This document shows positions 41,901 to 55,200 of a DNA stretch of 64,000 nucleotides, in pieces; positions within the stretch are counted from its first letter, which is position 1, and every line of letters starts with the position of its first letter. The position numbers and the translations under genes are program-made. Below the pieces are notes generated by a model. That model made no database searches, was not told where the DNA came from, and saw only the letters and a list, made by a program, of their open reading frames with translations. The DNA lies in contig OZ059895.1 in assembly GCA_964057225.1 (NCBI GenBank), positions 21,762,001 to 21,826,000 on the forward strand, in the 5' to 3' direction. The stretch comes from Auanema rhodensis. Taxonomy: Eukaryota; Animalia; Nematoda.

Positions 41901-44570
41901 CGATGCGGATTTTTAAGCTGCGTCGGTCTGTGTTATCAGATTTGCGCTAGCTTAAAAATGCACCGAGATATCAACTGATATATGTTCACACTTATATCCT
42001 CGATTTTCACCCTGAAGAATTAATTTTTTCGTTGAATAACAATGTCCATCGTCTTTGCCTTGAAAAAAGGAATCTAAAAACATCTACTTTTTGCTAAATT
42101 ATTCTGAAATTTTTCGAAAAAATTTTTGTCAAAATGTTTTTGGAAGCAATGTTGAGTGTACATGGAAACTCAACATACACTAATGCATCATTTTTCAAAC
42201 GATCATAACTAATTTTTGTATTGAGCGTTTCTCAATGTAGAATAGTGCATTCGATGCGGATTTTTAAGCTGCGTCGGTCTGTGTTATCAGATTTGCGCTA
42301 GCTTAAAAATGCACCGAGATATCAACTGATATATGTTCACACTTATATCCTCGATTTTCACCCTGAAGAATTAATTTTTTCGTTGAATAACAATGTCCAT
42401 CGTCTTTGCCTTGAAAAAAGGAATCTAAAAACATCTACTTTTTGCTAAATTATTCTGAAATTTTTCGAAAAAATTTTTGTCAAAATGTTTTTGGAAGCAA
42501 TGTTGAGTGTACATGGAAACTCAACATACACTAATGCATCATTTTTCAAACGATCATAACTAATTTTTGTATTGAGCGTTTCTCAATGTAGAATAGTGCA
42601 TTCGATGCGGATTTTTAAGCTGCGTCGGTCTGTGTTATCAGATTTGCGCTAGCTTAAAAATGCACCGAGATATCAACTGATATATGTTCACACTTATATC
42701 CTCGATTTTCACCCTGAAGAATTAATTTTTTCGTTGAATAACAATGTCCATCGTCTTTGCCTTAAAAAAGGTATCTAAAAACATCTACTTTTTGCTAAAT
42801 TATTCTGAAATTTTTCGAAAAAATTTTTGTCAAAATGTTTTTGGAAGCAATGTTGAGTGTACATGGAAACTCAACATACACTAATGCATCATTTTTCAAA
42901 CGATCATAACTAATTTTTGTATTGAGCGTTTCTCAATGTAGAATAGTGCATTCGATGCGGATTTTTAAGCTGCGTCGGTCTGTGTTATCAGATTTGCGCT
43001 AGCTTAAAAATGCACCGAGATATCAACTGATATATGTTCACACTTATATCCTCGATTTTCACCCTGAAGAATTAATTTTTTCGTTGAATAACAATGTCCA
43101 TCGTCTTTGCCTTGAAAAAAGGAATCTAAAAACATCTACTTTTTGCTAAATTATTATGAAATTTTTCGAAAAAATTTTTGTCAAAATGTTTTTGGAAGCA
43201 ATGTTGAGTGTACATGGAAACTCAACATACACTAATGCATCATTTTTCAAACGATCATAACTAATTTTTGTATTGAGCGTTTCTCAATGTAGAATAGTGC
43301 ATTCGATGCGGATTTTTAAGCTGCGTCGGTCTGTGTTATCAGATTTGCGCTAGCTTAAAAATGCACCGAGATATCAACTGATATATGTTCACACTTATAT
43401 CCTCGTTTTTCACCCTGAAGAATTAATTTTTTCGTTGAATAACAATGTCCATCGTCTTTGCCTTGAAAAAAGGAATCTAAAAACATCTACTTTTTGCTAA
43501 ATTATTCTGAAATTTTTCGAAAAAATTTTTGTCAAAATGTTTTTGGAAGCAATGTTGAGTGTACATGGAAACTCAACATACACTAATGCATCATTTTTCA
43601 AACGATCATAACTAATTTTTGTATTAAGCGTTTCTCAATGTAGTATAGTGTATTCGATGCGGATTTTTAAGCTGCATCGATCTGTGTTATCAGATTTGCG
43701 CTAGCTTAAAAATGCACCGAGATATCAACTGATATAAGTTCACACTTATAACCTCGATTTTCACCCTGAAGAATTAATTTTTTCGTTGAATAAAAATGTC
43801 CATCGTCTTTGCCTTAAAAAAAGGTATCTAAAAACATCTACTTTTTGCTAAATTATTTTGAAATTTTTCGAAAAAATTTTTGTCAAAATGTTTTTGGAAG
43901 CAATGTTGAGTGTACATGGAAACTCAACATACACTAATGCATCATTTTTCAAACGATCATAACTAATTTTTGTATTAAGCGTTTCTCAATGTAGTATAGT
44001 GCATTCGATGCGGATTTTTAAGCTGCGTCGATCTGTGTTATCAGATTTGCGCTAGCTTAAAAATGCACCGAGATATCAACTGATATAAGTTCACACTTAT
44101 ATCCTCGATTTTCACCCTGAAGAATTAATTTTTTCGTTGAATAACAATGTCCATCGTCTTCGCCTTGAAAAAAGGAATCTAAAAACATCTACTTTTTGCT
44201 AAATTATTTTGAAATTTTTCGAAAAAATTTTTGTCAAAATGTTTTTGGAAGCAATGTTGAGTGTACATGGAAACTCAACATACACTAATGCATCATTTTT
44301 CAAACGATCATAACTAATTTTTGCATTAAGCGTTTCTCAATGTAGTATAGTGCATTCGATGCGGATTTTTAAGCTGCATCGATCTGTGTTATCAGATTTG
44401 CGCTAGCTTAAAAATGCACCGAGATATCAACTGATATAAGTTCACACTTATATCCTCGATTTTCACCCTGAAGAATTAATTTTTTCGTTGAATAACAATG
44501 TCCATCGTCTTTGCCTTGAAAAAAGGAATCTAAAAACATCTACTTTTTGCTATATTATTTTGAAATTTTT
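11950..44570. repeat. Haplotype domain B (includes a mixed A/B transition at ~12.0-17.2 kb)
   Basis: GAATTAATT and ACTTTTTG become fixed. GTAGAAT (m123 A), CGGTCT (m159 G), AACAATG (m275 A) and ATTCTGA (m337 C) are frequent. The first B-type monomer lies at ~11940-12285. Confidence 0.8.
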
Positions 44571-47029
44571 CGAAAACATTTTTGTCAAAATGTTTTTGGA
44601 AGCAATGTTGAGTGTACATGGAAACTCAACATACACTAATGCATCATTTTTCAAACGATCATAACTAATTTTTGTATTGAGCGTTTCTCAATGTAGTATA
44701 GTGCATTCGATGCGGATTTTTAAGCTGCGTCGATCTGTGTTATCAGATTTGCGCTAGCTTAAAAATGCACCGAGATATCAACTGATATAAGTTCACACTT
44801 ATATCCTCGATTTTCACCCTGAAGAATTAATTTTTTCGTTGAATAACATTGTCCATCGTCTTTGCCTTGAAAAAAAAAATCTGAAAACATCTACTTTTTG
44901 CTAAATTATTTTGAAATTTTTCGAAAAAATTTTTGTCAAAATGTTTTTGGAAGCAATGTTGAGTGTACATGGAAACTCAACATACACTAATGCATCATTT
45001 TTCAAACGATCATAACTAATTTTTGTATTAAGCGTTTCTCAATGTAGTATAGTGCATTCGATGCGAATTTTTAAGCTGCGTCGATCTGTGTTATCAGATT
45101 TGCGCTAGCTTAAAAATGCACCGAGATATCAACTGATATAAGTTCACACTTATATCCTCGATTTTCACCCTGAAGAATTAATTTTTTCGTTGAATAACAT
45201 TGTCCATCGTCTTTGCCTTGAAAAAAGAAATCTAAAAACATCTACTTTTTGCTAAATTATTTTGAAATTTTTCGAAAAAATTTTTGTCAAAATGTTTTTG
45301 GAAGCAATGTTGAGTGTACATGGAAACTCAACATACACTAATGCATCATTTTTCAAACGATCATAACTAATTTTTGTATTAAGCGTTTCTCAATGTAGTA
45401 TAGTGCATTCGATGCGGATATTTAAGCTGCATCGATCTGTGTTATCAGATTTGCGCTAGCTTAAAAATGCACCGAGATATCAACTGATATAAGTTCACAC
45501 TTATATCCTCGATTTTCACCCTGAAGAATTAATTTTTTCGTTGAATAACATTGTCCATCGTCTTTGCCTTGAAAGAAAGAATCTGAAAACATCTACTTTT
45601 TGCTAAATTATTTTGAAATTTTTCGAAAAAATTTTTGTCAAAATGTTTTTGGAAGCAATGTTGAGTGTACATGGAAACTCAACATACACTAATGCATCAT
45701 TTTTCAAACGATCATAACTAATTTTTGTATTGAGCGTTTCTCAATGTAGTATAGTGCATTCGATGCGGATTTTTAAGCTGCGTCGATCTGTGTTATCAGA
45801 TTTGCGCTAGCTTAAAAATGCACCGAGATATCAACTGATATAAGTTCACACTTATATCCTCGATTTTCACCCTGAAGAATTAATTTTTTCGTTGAATAAC
45901 ATTGTCCATCGTCTTTGCCTTGAAAAAAGAAATCTAAAAACATCTACTTTTTGCTAAATTATTTTGAAATTTTTCGAAAAAATTTTTGTCAAAATGTTTT
46001 TGGAAGCAATGTTGAGTGTACATGGAAACTCAACATACACTAATGCATCATTTTTCAAACGATCATAACTAATTTTTGTATTGAGCGTTTCTCAATGTAG
46101 TATAGTGCATTCGATGCGGATTTTTAAGCTGCGTCGATCTGTGTTATCCGATTTGCGCTAGCTTAAAAATGCACCGAGATATCAACTGATATAAGTTCAC
46201 ACTTATATCCTCGATTTTCACCCTGAAGAATTAATTTTTTCGTTGAATAACATTGTCCATCGTCTTTGCCTTGAAAAAAGAAATCTAAAAACATCTACTT
46301 TTTGCTAAATTATTTTGAAATTTTTCGAAAAAATTTTTGTCAAAATGTTTTTGGAAGCAATGTTGAGTGTACATGGAAACTCAACATACACTAATGCATC
46401 ATTTTTCAAACGATCATAACTAATTTTTGTATTAAGCGTTTCTCAATGTAGTATAGTGCATTCGATGCGGATTTTTAAGCTGCGTCGATCTGTGTTATCA
46501 GATTTGCGCTAGCTTAAAAATGCACCGAGATATCAACTGATATAAGTTCACACTTATATCCTCGATTTTCACCCTGAAGAATTAATTTTTTCGTTGAATA
46601 ACATTGTCCATCGTCTTTGCCTTGAAAGAAAGAATCTGAAAACATCTACTTTTTGCTAAATTATTTTGAAATTTTTCGAAAAAATTTTTGTCAAAATGTT
46701 TTTGGAAGCAATGTTGAGTGTACATGGAAACTCAACATACACTAATGCATCATTTTTCAAACGATCATAACTAATTTTTGTATTAAGCGTTTCTCAATGT
46801 AGTATAGTGCATTCGATGCGGATTTTTAAGCTGCGTCGATCTGTGTTATCAGATTTGCGCTAGCTTAAAAATGCACCGAGATATCAACTGATATAAGTTC
46901 ACACTTATATCCTCGATTTTCACCCTGAAGAATTAATTTTTTCGTTGAATAACATTGTCCATCGTCTTTGCCTTGAAAGAAAGAATCTGAAAACATCTAC
47001 TTTTTGCTAAATTATTTTGAAATTTTTCG

Positions 47030-50000
47030 AAAAAATTTTTGTCAAAATGTTTTTGGAAGCAATGTTGAGTGTACATGGAAACTCAACATACACTAATGCA
47101 TCATTTTTCAAACGATCATAACTAATTTTTGTATTGAGCGTTTCTCAATGTAGTATAGTGCATTCGATGCGGATTTTTAAGCTGCGTCGATCTGTGTTAT
47201 CAGATTTGCGCTAGCTTAAAAATGCACCGAGATATCAACTGATATAAGTTCACACTTATATCCTCGATTTTCACCCTGAAGAATTAATTTTTTCGTTGAA
47301 TAACATTGTCCATCGTCTTTGCCTTGAAAAAAGAAATCTAAAAACATCTACTTTTTGCTAAATTATTTTGAAATTTTTCGAAAAAATTTTTGTCAAAATG
47401 TTTTTGGAAGCAATGTTGAGTGTACATGGAAACTCAACATACACTAATGCATCATTTTTCAAACGATCATAACTAATTTTTGTATTGAGCGTTTCTCAAT
47501 GTAGTATAGTGCATTCGATGCGGATTTTTAAGCTGCGTCGATCTGTGTTATCAGATTTGCGCTAGCTTAAAAATGCACCGAGATATCAACTGATATAAGT
47601 TCACACTTATATCCTCGATTTTCACCCTGAAGAATTAATTTTTTCGTTGAATAACATTGTCCATCGTCTTTGCCTTGAAAAAAAAAATCTGAAAACATCT
47701 ACTTTTTGCTAAATTATTTTGAAATTTTTCGAAAAAATTTTTGTCAAAATGTTTTTGGAAGCAATGTTGAGTGTACATGGAAACTCAACATACACTAATG
47801 CATCATTTTTCAAACGATCATAACTAATTTTTGTATTAAGCGTTTCTCAATGTAGTATAGTGCATTCGATGCGAATTTTTAAGCTGCGTCGATCTGTGTT
47901 ATCAGATTTGCGCTAGCTTAAAAATGCACCGAGATATCAACTGATATAAGTTCACACTTATATCCTCGATTTTCACCCTGAAGAATTAATTTTTTCGTTG
48001 AATAACATTGTCCATCGTCTTTGCCTTGAAAGAAAGAATCTGAAAACATCTACTTTTTGCTAAATTATTTTGAAATTTTTCGAAAAAATTTTTGTCAAAA
48101 TGTTTTTGGAAGCAATGTTGAGTGTACATGGAAACTCAACATACACTAATGCATCATTTTTCAAACGATCATAACTAATTTTTGTATTGAGCGTTTCTCA
48201 ATGTAGTATAGTGCATTCGATGCGGATTTTTAAGCTGCGTCGATCTGTGTTATCAGATTTGCGCTAGCTTAAAAATGCACCGAGATATCAACTGATATAA
48301 GTTCACACTTATATCCTCGATTTTCACCCTGAAGAATTAATTTTTTCGTTGAATAACATTGTCCATCGTCTTTGCCTTGAAAAAAGAAATCTAAAAACAT
48401 CTACTTTTTGCTAAATTATTTTGAAATTTTTCGAAAAAATTTTTGTCAAAATGTTTTTGGAAGCAATGTTGAGTGTACATGGAAACTCAACATACACTAA
48501 TCCATCATTTTTCAAACGATCATAACTAATTTTTGTATTGAGCGTTTCTCAATGTAGTATAGTGCATTCGATGCGGATTTTTAAGCTGCGTCGATCTGTG
48601 TTATCAGATTTGCGCTAGCTTAAAAATGCACCGAGATATCAACTGATATAAGTTCACACTTATATCCTCGATTTTCACCCTGAAGAATTAATTTTTTCGT
48701 TGAATAACATTGTCCATCGTCTTTGCCTTGAAAAAAAAAATCTGAAAACATCTACTTTTTGCTAAATTATTTTGAAATTTTTCGAAAAAATTTTTGTCAA
48801 AATGTTTTTGGAAGCAATGTTGAGTGTACATGGAAACTCAACATACACTAATGCATCATTTTTCAAACGATCATAACTAATTTTTGTATTAAGCGTTTCT
48901 CAATGTAGTATAGTGCATTCGATGCGAATTTTTAAGCTGCGTCGATCTGTGTTATCAGATTTGCGCTAGCTTAAAAATGCACCGAGATATCAACTGATAT
49001 AAGTTCACACTTATATCCTCGATTTTCACCCTGAAGAATTAATTTTTTCGTTGAATAACATTGTCCATCGTCTTTGCCTTGAAAGAAAGAATCTGAAAAC
49101 ATCTACTTTTTGCTAAATTATTTTGAAATTTTTCGAAAAAATTTTTGTCAAAATGTTTTTGGAAGCAATGTTGAGTGTACATGGAAACTCAACATACACT
49201 AATGCATCATTTTTCAAACGATCATAACTAATTTTTGTATTGAGCGTTTCTCAATGTAGTATAGTGCATTCGATGCGGATTTTTAAGCTGCGTCGATCTG
49301 TGTTATCAGATTTGCGCTAGCTTAAAAATGCACCGAGATATCAACTGATATAAGTTCACACTTATATCCTCGATTTTCACCCTGAAGAATTAATTTTTTC
49401 GTTGAATAACATTGTCCATCGTCTTTGCCTTGAAAAAAGAAATCTACAAACATCTACTTTTTGCTAAATTATTTTGAAATTTTTCGAAAAAATTTTTGTC
49501 AAAATGTTTTTGGAAGCAATGTTGAGTGTACATGGAAACTCAACATACACTAATGCATCATTTTTCAAACGATCATAACTAATTTTTGTATTGAGCGTTT
49601 CTCAATGTAGTATAGTGCATTCGATGCGGATTTTTAAGCTGCGTCGATCTGTGTTATCAGATTTGCGCTAGCTTAAAAATGCACCGAGATATCAACTGAT
49701 ATAAGTTCACACTTATATCCTCGATTTTCACCCTGAAGAATTAATTTTTTCGTTGAATAACATTGTCCATCGTCTTTGCCTTGAAAAAAAAAATCTGAAA
49801 ACATCTACTTTTTGCTAAATTATTTTGAAATTTTTCGAAAAAATTTTTGTCAAAATGTTTTTGGAAGCAATGTTGAGTGTACATGGAAACTCAACATACA
49901 CTAATGCATCATTTTTCAAACGATCATAACTAATTTTTGTATTAAGCGTTTCTCAATGTAGTATAGTGCATTCGATGCGAATTTTTAAGCTGCGTCGATC

Positions 50001-50190
50001 TGTGTTATCAGATTTGCGCTAGCTTAAAAATGCACCGAGATATCAACTGATATAAGTTCACACTTATATCCTCGATTTTCACCCTGAAGAATTAATTTTT
50101 TCGTTGAATAACATTGTCCATCGTCTTTGCCTTGAAAAAAGGAATCTGAAAACATCTACTTTTTGCTAAATTATTTTGAAATTTTTCGAA
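47030..50190. repeat. 3-monomer (1053 bp) higher-order repeat tract
   Basis: The GCGAATT variant occurs at 47874, 48927 and 49980. The purine-run alleles cycle AAAAAAGAAATCTA > AAAAAAAAAATCTG > AAAGAAAGAATCTG. Confidence 0.85.
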
Positions 50191-52296
50191 AAAATTTTTG
50201 TCAAAATGTTTTTGGAAGCAATGTTGAGTGTACATGGAAACTCAACATACACTAATGCATCATTTTTCAAACGATCATAACTAATTTTTGTATTAAGCGT
50301 TTCTCAATGTAGTATAGTGCATTCGATGCGAATTTTTAAGCTGCGTCGATCTGTGTTATCAGATTTGCGCTAGCTTAAAAATGCACCGAGATATCAACTG
50401 ATATAAGTTCACACTTATATCCTCGATTTTCACCCTGAAGAATTAATTTTTTCGTTGAATAACATTGTCCATCGTCTTTGCCTTGAAAAAAGAAATCTAA
50501 AAACATCTACTTTTTGCTAAATTATTTTGAAATTTTTCGAAAAAATTTTTGTCAAAATGTTTTTGGAAGCAATGTTGAGTGTACATGGAAACTCAACATA
50601 CACTAATGCATCATTTTTCAAACGATCATAACTAATTTTTGTATTAAGCGTTTCTCAATGTAGTATAGTGCATTCGATGCGGATATTTAAGCTGCATCGA
50701 TCTGTGTTATCAGATTTGCGCTAGCTTAAAAATGCACCGAGATATCAACTGATATAAGTTCACACTTATATCCTCGATTTTCACCCTGAAGAATTAATTT
50801 TTTCGTTGAATAACATTGTCCATCGTCTTTGCCTTGAAAGAAAGAATCTGAAAACATCTACTTTTTGCTAAATTATTTTGAAATTTTTCGAAAAAATTTT
50901 TGTCAAAATGTTTTTGGAAGCAATGTTGAGTGTACATGGAAACTCAACATACACTAATGCATCATTTTTCAAACGATCATAACTAATTTTTGTATTGAGC
51001 GTTTCTCAATGTAGTATAGTGCATTCGATGCGGATTTTTAAGCTGCGTCGATCTGTGTTATCAGATTTGCGCTAGCTTAAAAATGCACCGAGATATCAAC
51101 TGATATAAGTTCACACTTATATCCTCGATTTTCACCCTGAAGAATTAATTTTTTCGTTGAATAACATTGTCCATCGTCTTTGCCTTGAAAAAAGAAATCT
51201 AAAAACATCTACTTTTTGCTAAATTATTTTGAAATTTTTCGAAAAAATTTTTGTCAAAATGTTTTTGGAAGCAATGTTGAGTGTACATGGAAACTCAACA
51301 TACACTAATGCATCATTTTTCAAACGATCATAACTAATTTTTGTATTGAGCGTTTCTCAATGTAGTATAGTGCATTCGATGCGGATTTTTAAGCTGCGTC
51401 GATCTGTGTTATCAGATTTGCGCTAGCTTAAAAATGCACCGAGATATCAACTGATATAAGTTCACACTTATATCCTCGATTTTCACCCTGAAGAATTAAT
51501 TTTTTCGTTGAATAACATTGTCCATCGTCTTTGCCTTGAAAAAAAAAATCTGAAAACATCTACTTTTTGCTAAATTATTTTGAAATTTTTCGAAAAAATT
51601 TTTGTCAAAATGTTTTTGGAAGCAATGTTGAGTGTACATGGAAACTCAACATACACTAATGCATCATTTTTCAAACGATCATAACTAATTTTTGTATTAA
51701 GCGTTTCTCAATGTAGTATAGTGCATTCGATGCGAATTTTTAAGCTGCGTCGATCTGTGTTATCAGATTTGCGCTAGCTTAAAAATGCACCGAGATATCA
51801 ACTGATATAAGTTCACACTTATATCCTCGATTTTCACCCTGAAGAATTAATTTTTTCGTTGAATAACATTGTCCATCGTCTTTGCCTTGAAAGAAAGAAT
51901 CTGAAAACATCTACTTTTTGCTAAATTATTTTGAAATTTTTCGAAAAAATTTTTGTCAAAATGTTTTTGGAAGCAATGTTGAGTGTACATGGAAACTCAA
52001 CATACACTAATGCATCATTTTTCAAACGATCATAACTAATTTTTGTATTGAGCGTTTCTCAATGTAGTATAGTGCATTCGATGCGGATTTTTAAGCTGCG
52101 TCGATCTGTGTTATCAGATTTGCGCTAGCTTAAAAATGCACCGAGATATCAACTGATATAAGTTCACACTTATATCCTCGATTTTCACCCTAAAGAATTA
52201 ATTTTTTCGTTGAATAACATTGTCCATCGTCTTTGCCTTGAAAAAAGGAATCTAAAAACATCTCCTTTTTGCTAAATTATTTTGGAATTTTTCGAA

Positions 52297-55200
52297 AAAA
52301 TTTTTGTCAAAATGTTTTTGGAAGCAATGTTGAGTGTACATGGAAACTCAACATACACTAATGCATCATTTTTCAAACGATCATAACTAATTTTTGTATT
52401 GAGCGTTTCTCAATGTAGTATAGTGCATTCGATGCGGATTTTTAAGCTGCGTCGATCTGTGTTATCAGATTTGCGCTAGCTTAAAAATGCACCGAGATAT
52501 CAACTGATATAAGTTCACACTTATATCCTCGATTTTCACCCTGAAGAATTAATTTTTTCGTTGAATAACATTGTCCATCGTCTTTGCCTTGAAAAAAAAA
52601 ATCTGAAAACATCTACTTTTTGCTAAATTATTTTGAAATTTTTCGAAAAAATTTTTGTCAAAATGTTTTTGGAAGCAATGTTGAGTGTACATGGAAACTC
52701 AACATACACTAATGCATCATTTTTCAAACGATCATAACTAATTTTTGTATTAAGCGTTTCTCAATGTAGTATAGTGCATTCGATGCGAATTTTTAAGCTG
52801 CGTCGATCTGTGTTATCAGATTTGCGCTAGCTTAAAAATGCACCGAGATATCAACTGATATAAGTTCACACTTATATCCTCGATTTTCACCCTGAAGAAT
52901 TAATTTTTTCGTTGAATAACATTGTCCATCGTCTTTGCCTTGAAAAAAGGAATCTGAAAACATCTACTTTTTGCTAAATTATTTTGAAATTTTTCGAAAA
53001 AATTTTTGTCAAAATGTTTTTGGAAGCAATGTTGAGTGTACATGGAAACTCAACATACACTAATGCATCATTTTTCAAACGATCATAACTAATTTTTGTA
53101 TTAAGCGTTTCTCAATGTAGTATAATGCATTCGATGCGGATTTTTAAGCTGCATCGATCTGTGTTATCAGATTTGCGCTAGCTTAAAAATGCACCGAGAT
53201 ATCAACTGATATAAGTTCACACTTATATCCTCGATTTTCACCCTGAAGAATTAATTTTTTCGTTGAATAACAATGTCCATCGTCTTTGCCTTAAAAAAGG
53301 TATCTAAAAACATCTACTTTTTGCTAAATTATTTTGAAATTTTTCGAAAAAATTTTTGTCAAAATGTTTTTGGAAGCAATGTTGAGTGTACATGGAAACT
53401 CAACATACACTAATGCATCATTTTTCAAACGATCATAACTAATTTTTGTATTAAGCGTTTCTCAATGTCGAATAGTGCATTCGATGCGGATATTTAAGCT
53501 GCATCGATCTGTGTTATCAGATTTGCGCTAGCTTAAAAATGCACCGAGATATCAACTGATATAAGTTCACACTTATATCCTCGATTTTCACCCTGAAGAA
53601 TTAATTTTTTCGTTGAATAACATCGTCCATCGTCTTTGCCTTAAAAAAAGGAATCTGAGAACATCTACTTTTTGCTAAATTATTTTGAAATTTTTCGAAA
53701 AAATTTTTGTCAAAATGTTTTTGGAAGCAATGTTGAGTGTACATGGAAACTCAACATACACTAATGCATCATTTTTCAAACGATCATAACTAATTTTTGT
53801 ATTGAGCGTTTCTCAATGTCGAATAGTGCATTCGATGCGGATATTTAAGCTGCATCGATCTGTGTTATCAGATTTGCGCTAGCTTAAAAATGCACCGAGA
53901 TATCAACTGATATAAGTTCACACTTATATCCTCGATTTTCACCCTGAAGAATTAATTTTTTCGTTGAATAACAATGTCCATCGTCTTTGCCTTAAAAAAA
54001 GGTATCTAAAAACATCTACTTTCTGCTAAATTATTTTGAAATTTTTCGAAAAAATTTTTGTCAAAATGTTTTTGGAAGCAATGTTGAGTGTACATGGAAA
54101 CTCAACATACACTAATGCATCATTTTTCAAACGATCATAACTAATTTTTGTATTAAGCGTTTCTCAATGTAGTATAATGTAGTATAGTGCATTCGATGCG
54201 GATTTTTAAGCTGCGTCGATCTGTTTTATCAGATTTGCGCTAGCTTAAAAATGCACCGAGATATCAACTGATATAAGTTCACACTTATATCCTCGATTTT
54301 CACCCTGAAGAATTAATTTTTTCGTTGAATAACAATGTCCATCGTCTTCGCCTTGAAAAAAGGAATCTAAAAACATCTACTTTTTACTAAATTATTTTGA
54401 AATTTTTCGAAAAAATTTTTGTCAAAATGTTTTTGGAAGCAATGTTGAGTGTACATGGAAACTCAACATACACTAATGCATCATTTTTCAAACGATCATA
54501 ACTAATTTTTGTATTAAGCGTTTCTCAATGTAGTATAGTGCATTCGATGCGGATTTTTAAGCTGCGTCGATCTGTGTTATCAGATTTGCGCTAGCTTAAA
54601 AATGCACCGAGATATCAACTGATATAAGTTCACACTTATATCCTCGATTTTCACCCTGAAGAATTAATTTTTTCGTTGAATAACATTGTCCATCGTCTTT
54701 GCCTTGAAAAAAAAAATCTGAAAACATCTACTTTTTGCTAAATTATTTTGAAATTTTTCGAAAAAATTTTTGTCAAAATGTTTTTGGAAGCAATGTTGAG
54801 TGTACATGGAAACTCAACATACACTAATGCATCATTTTTCAAACGATCATAACTAATTTTTGTATTAAGCGTTTCTCAATGTAGTATAGTGCATTCGATG
54901 CGAATTTTTAAGCTGCGTCGATCTGTGTTATCAGATTTGCGCTAGCTTAAAAATGCACCGAGATATCAACTGATATAAGTTCACACTTATATCCTCGATT
55001 TTCACCCTGAAGAATTAATTTTTTCGTTGAATAACATTGTCCATCGTCTTTGCCTTGAAAAAAGGAATCTGAAAACATCTACTTTTTGCTAAATTATTTT
55101 GAAATTTTTCGAAAAAATTTTTGTCAAAATGTTTTTGGAAGCAATGTTGAGTGTACATGGAAACTCAACATACACTAATGCATCATTTTTCAAACGATCA

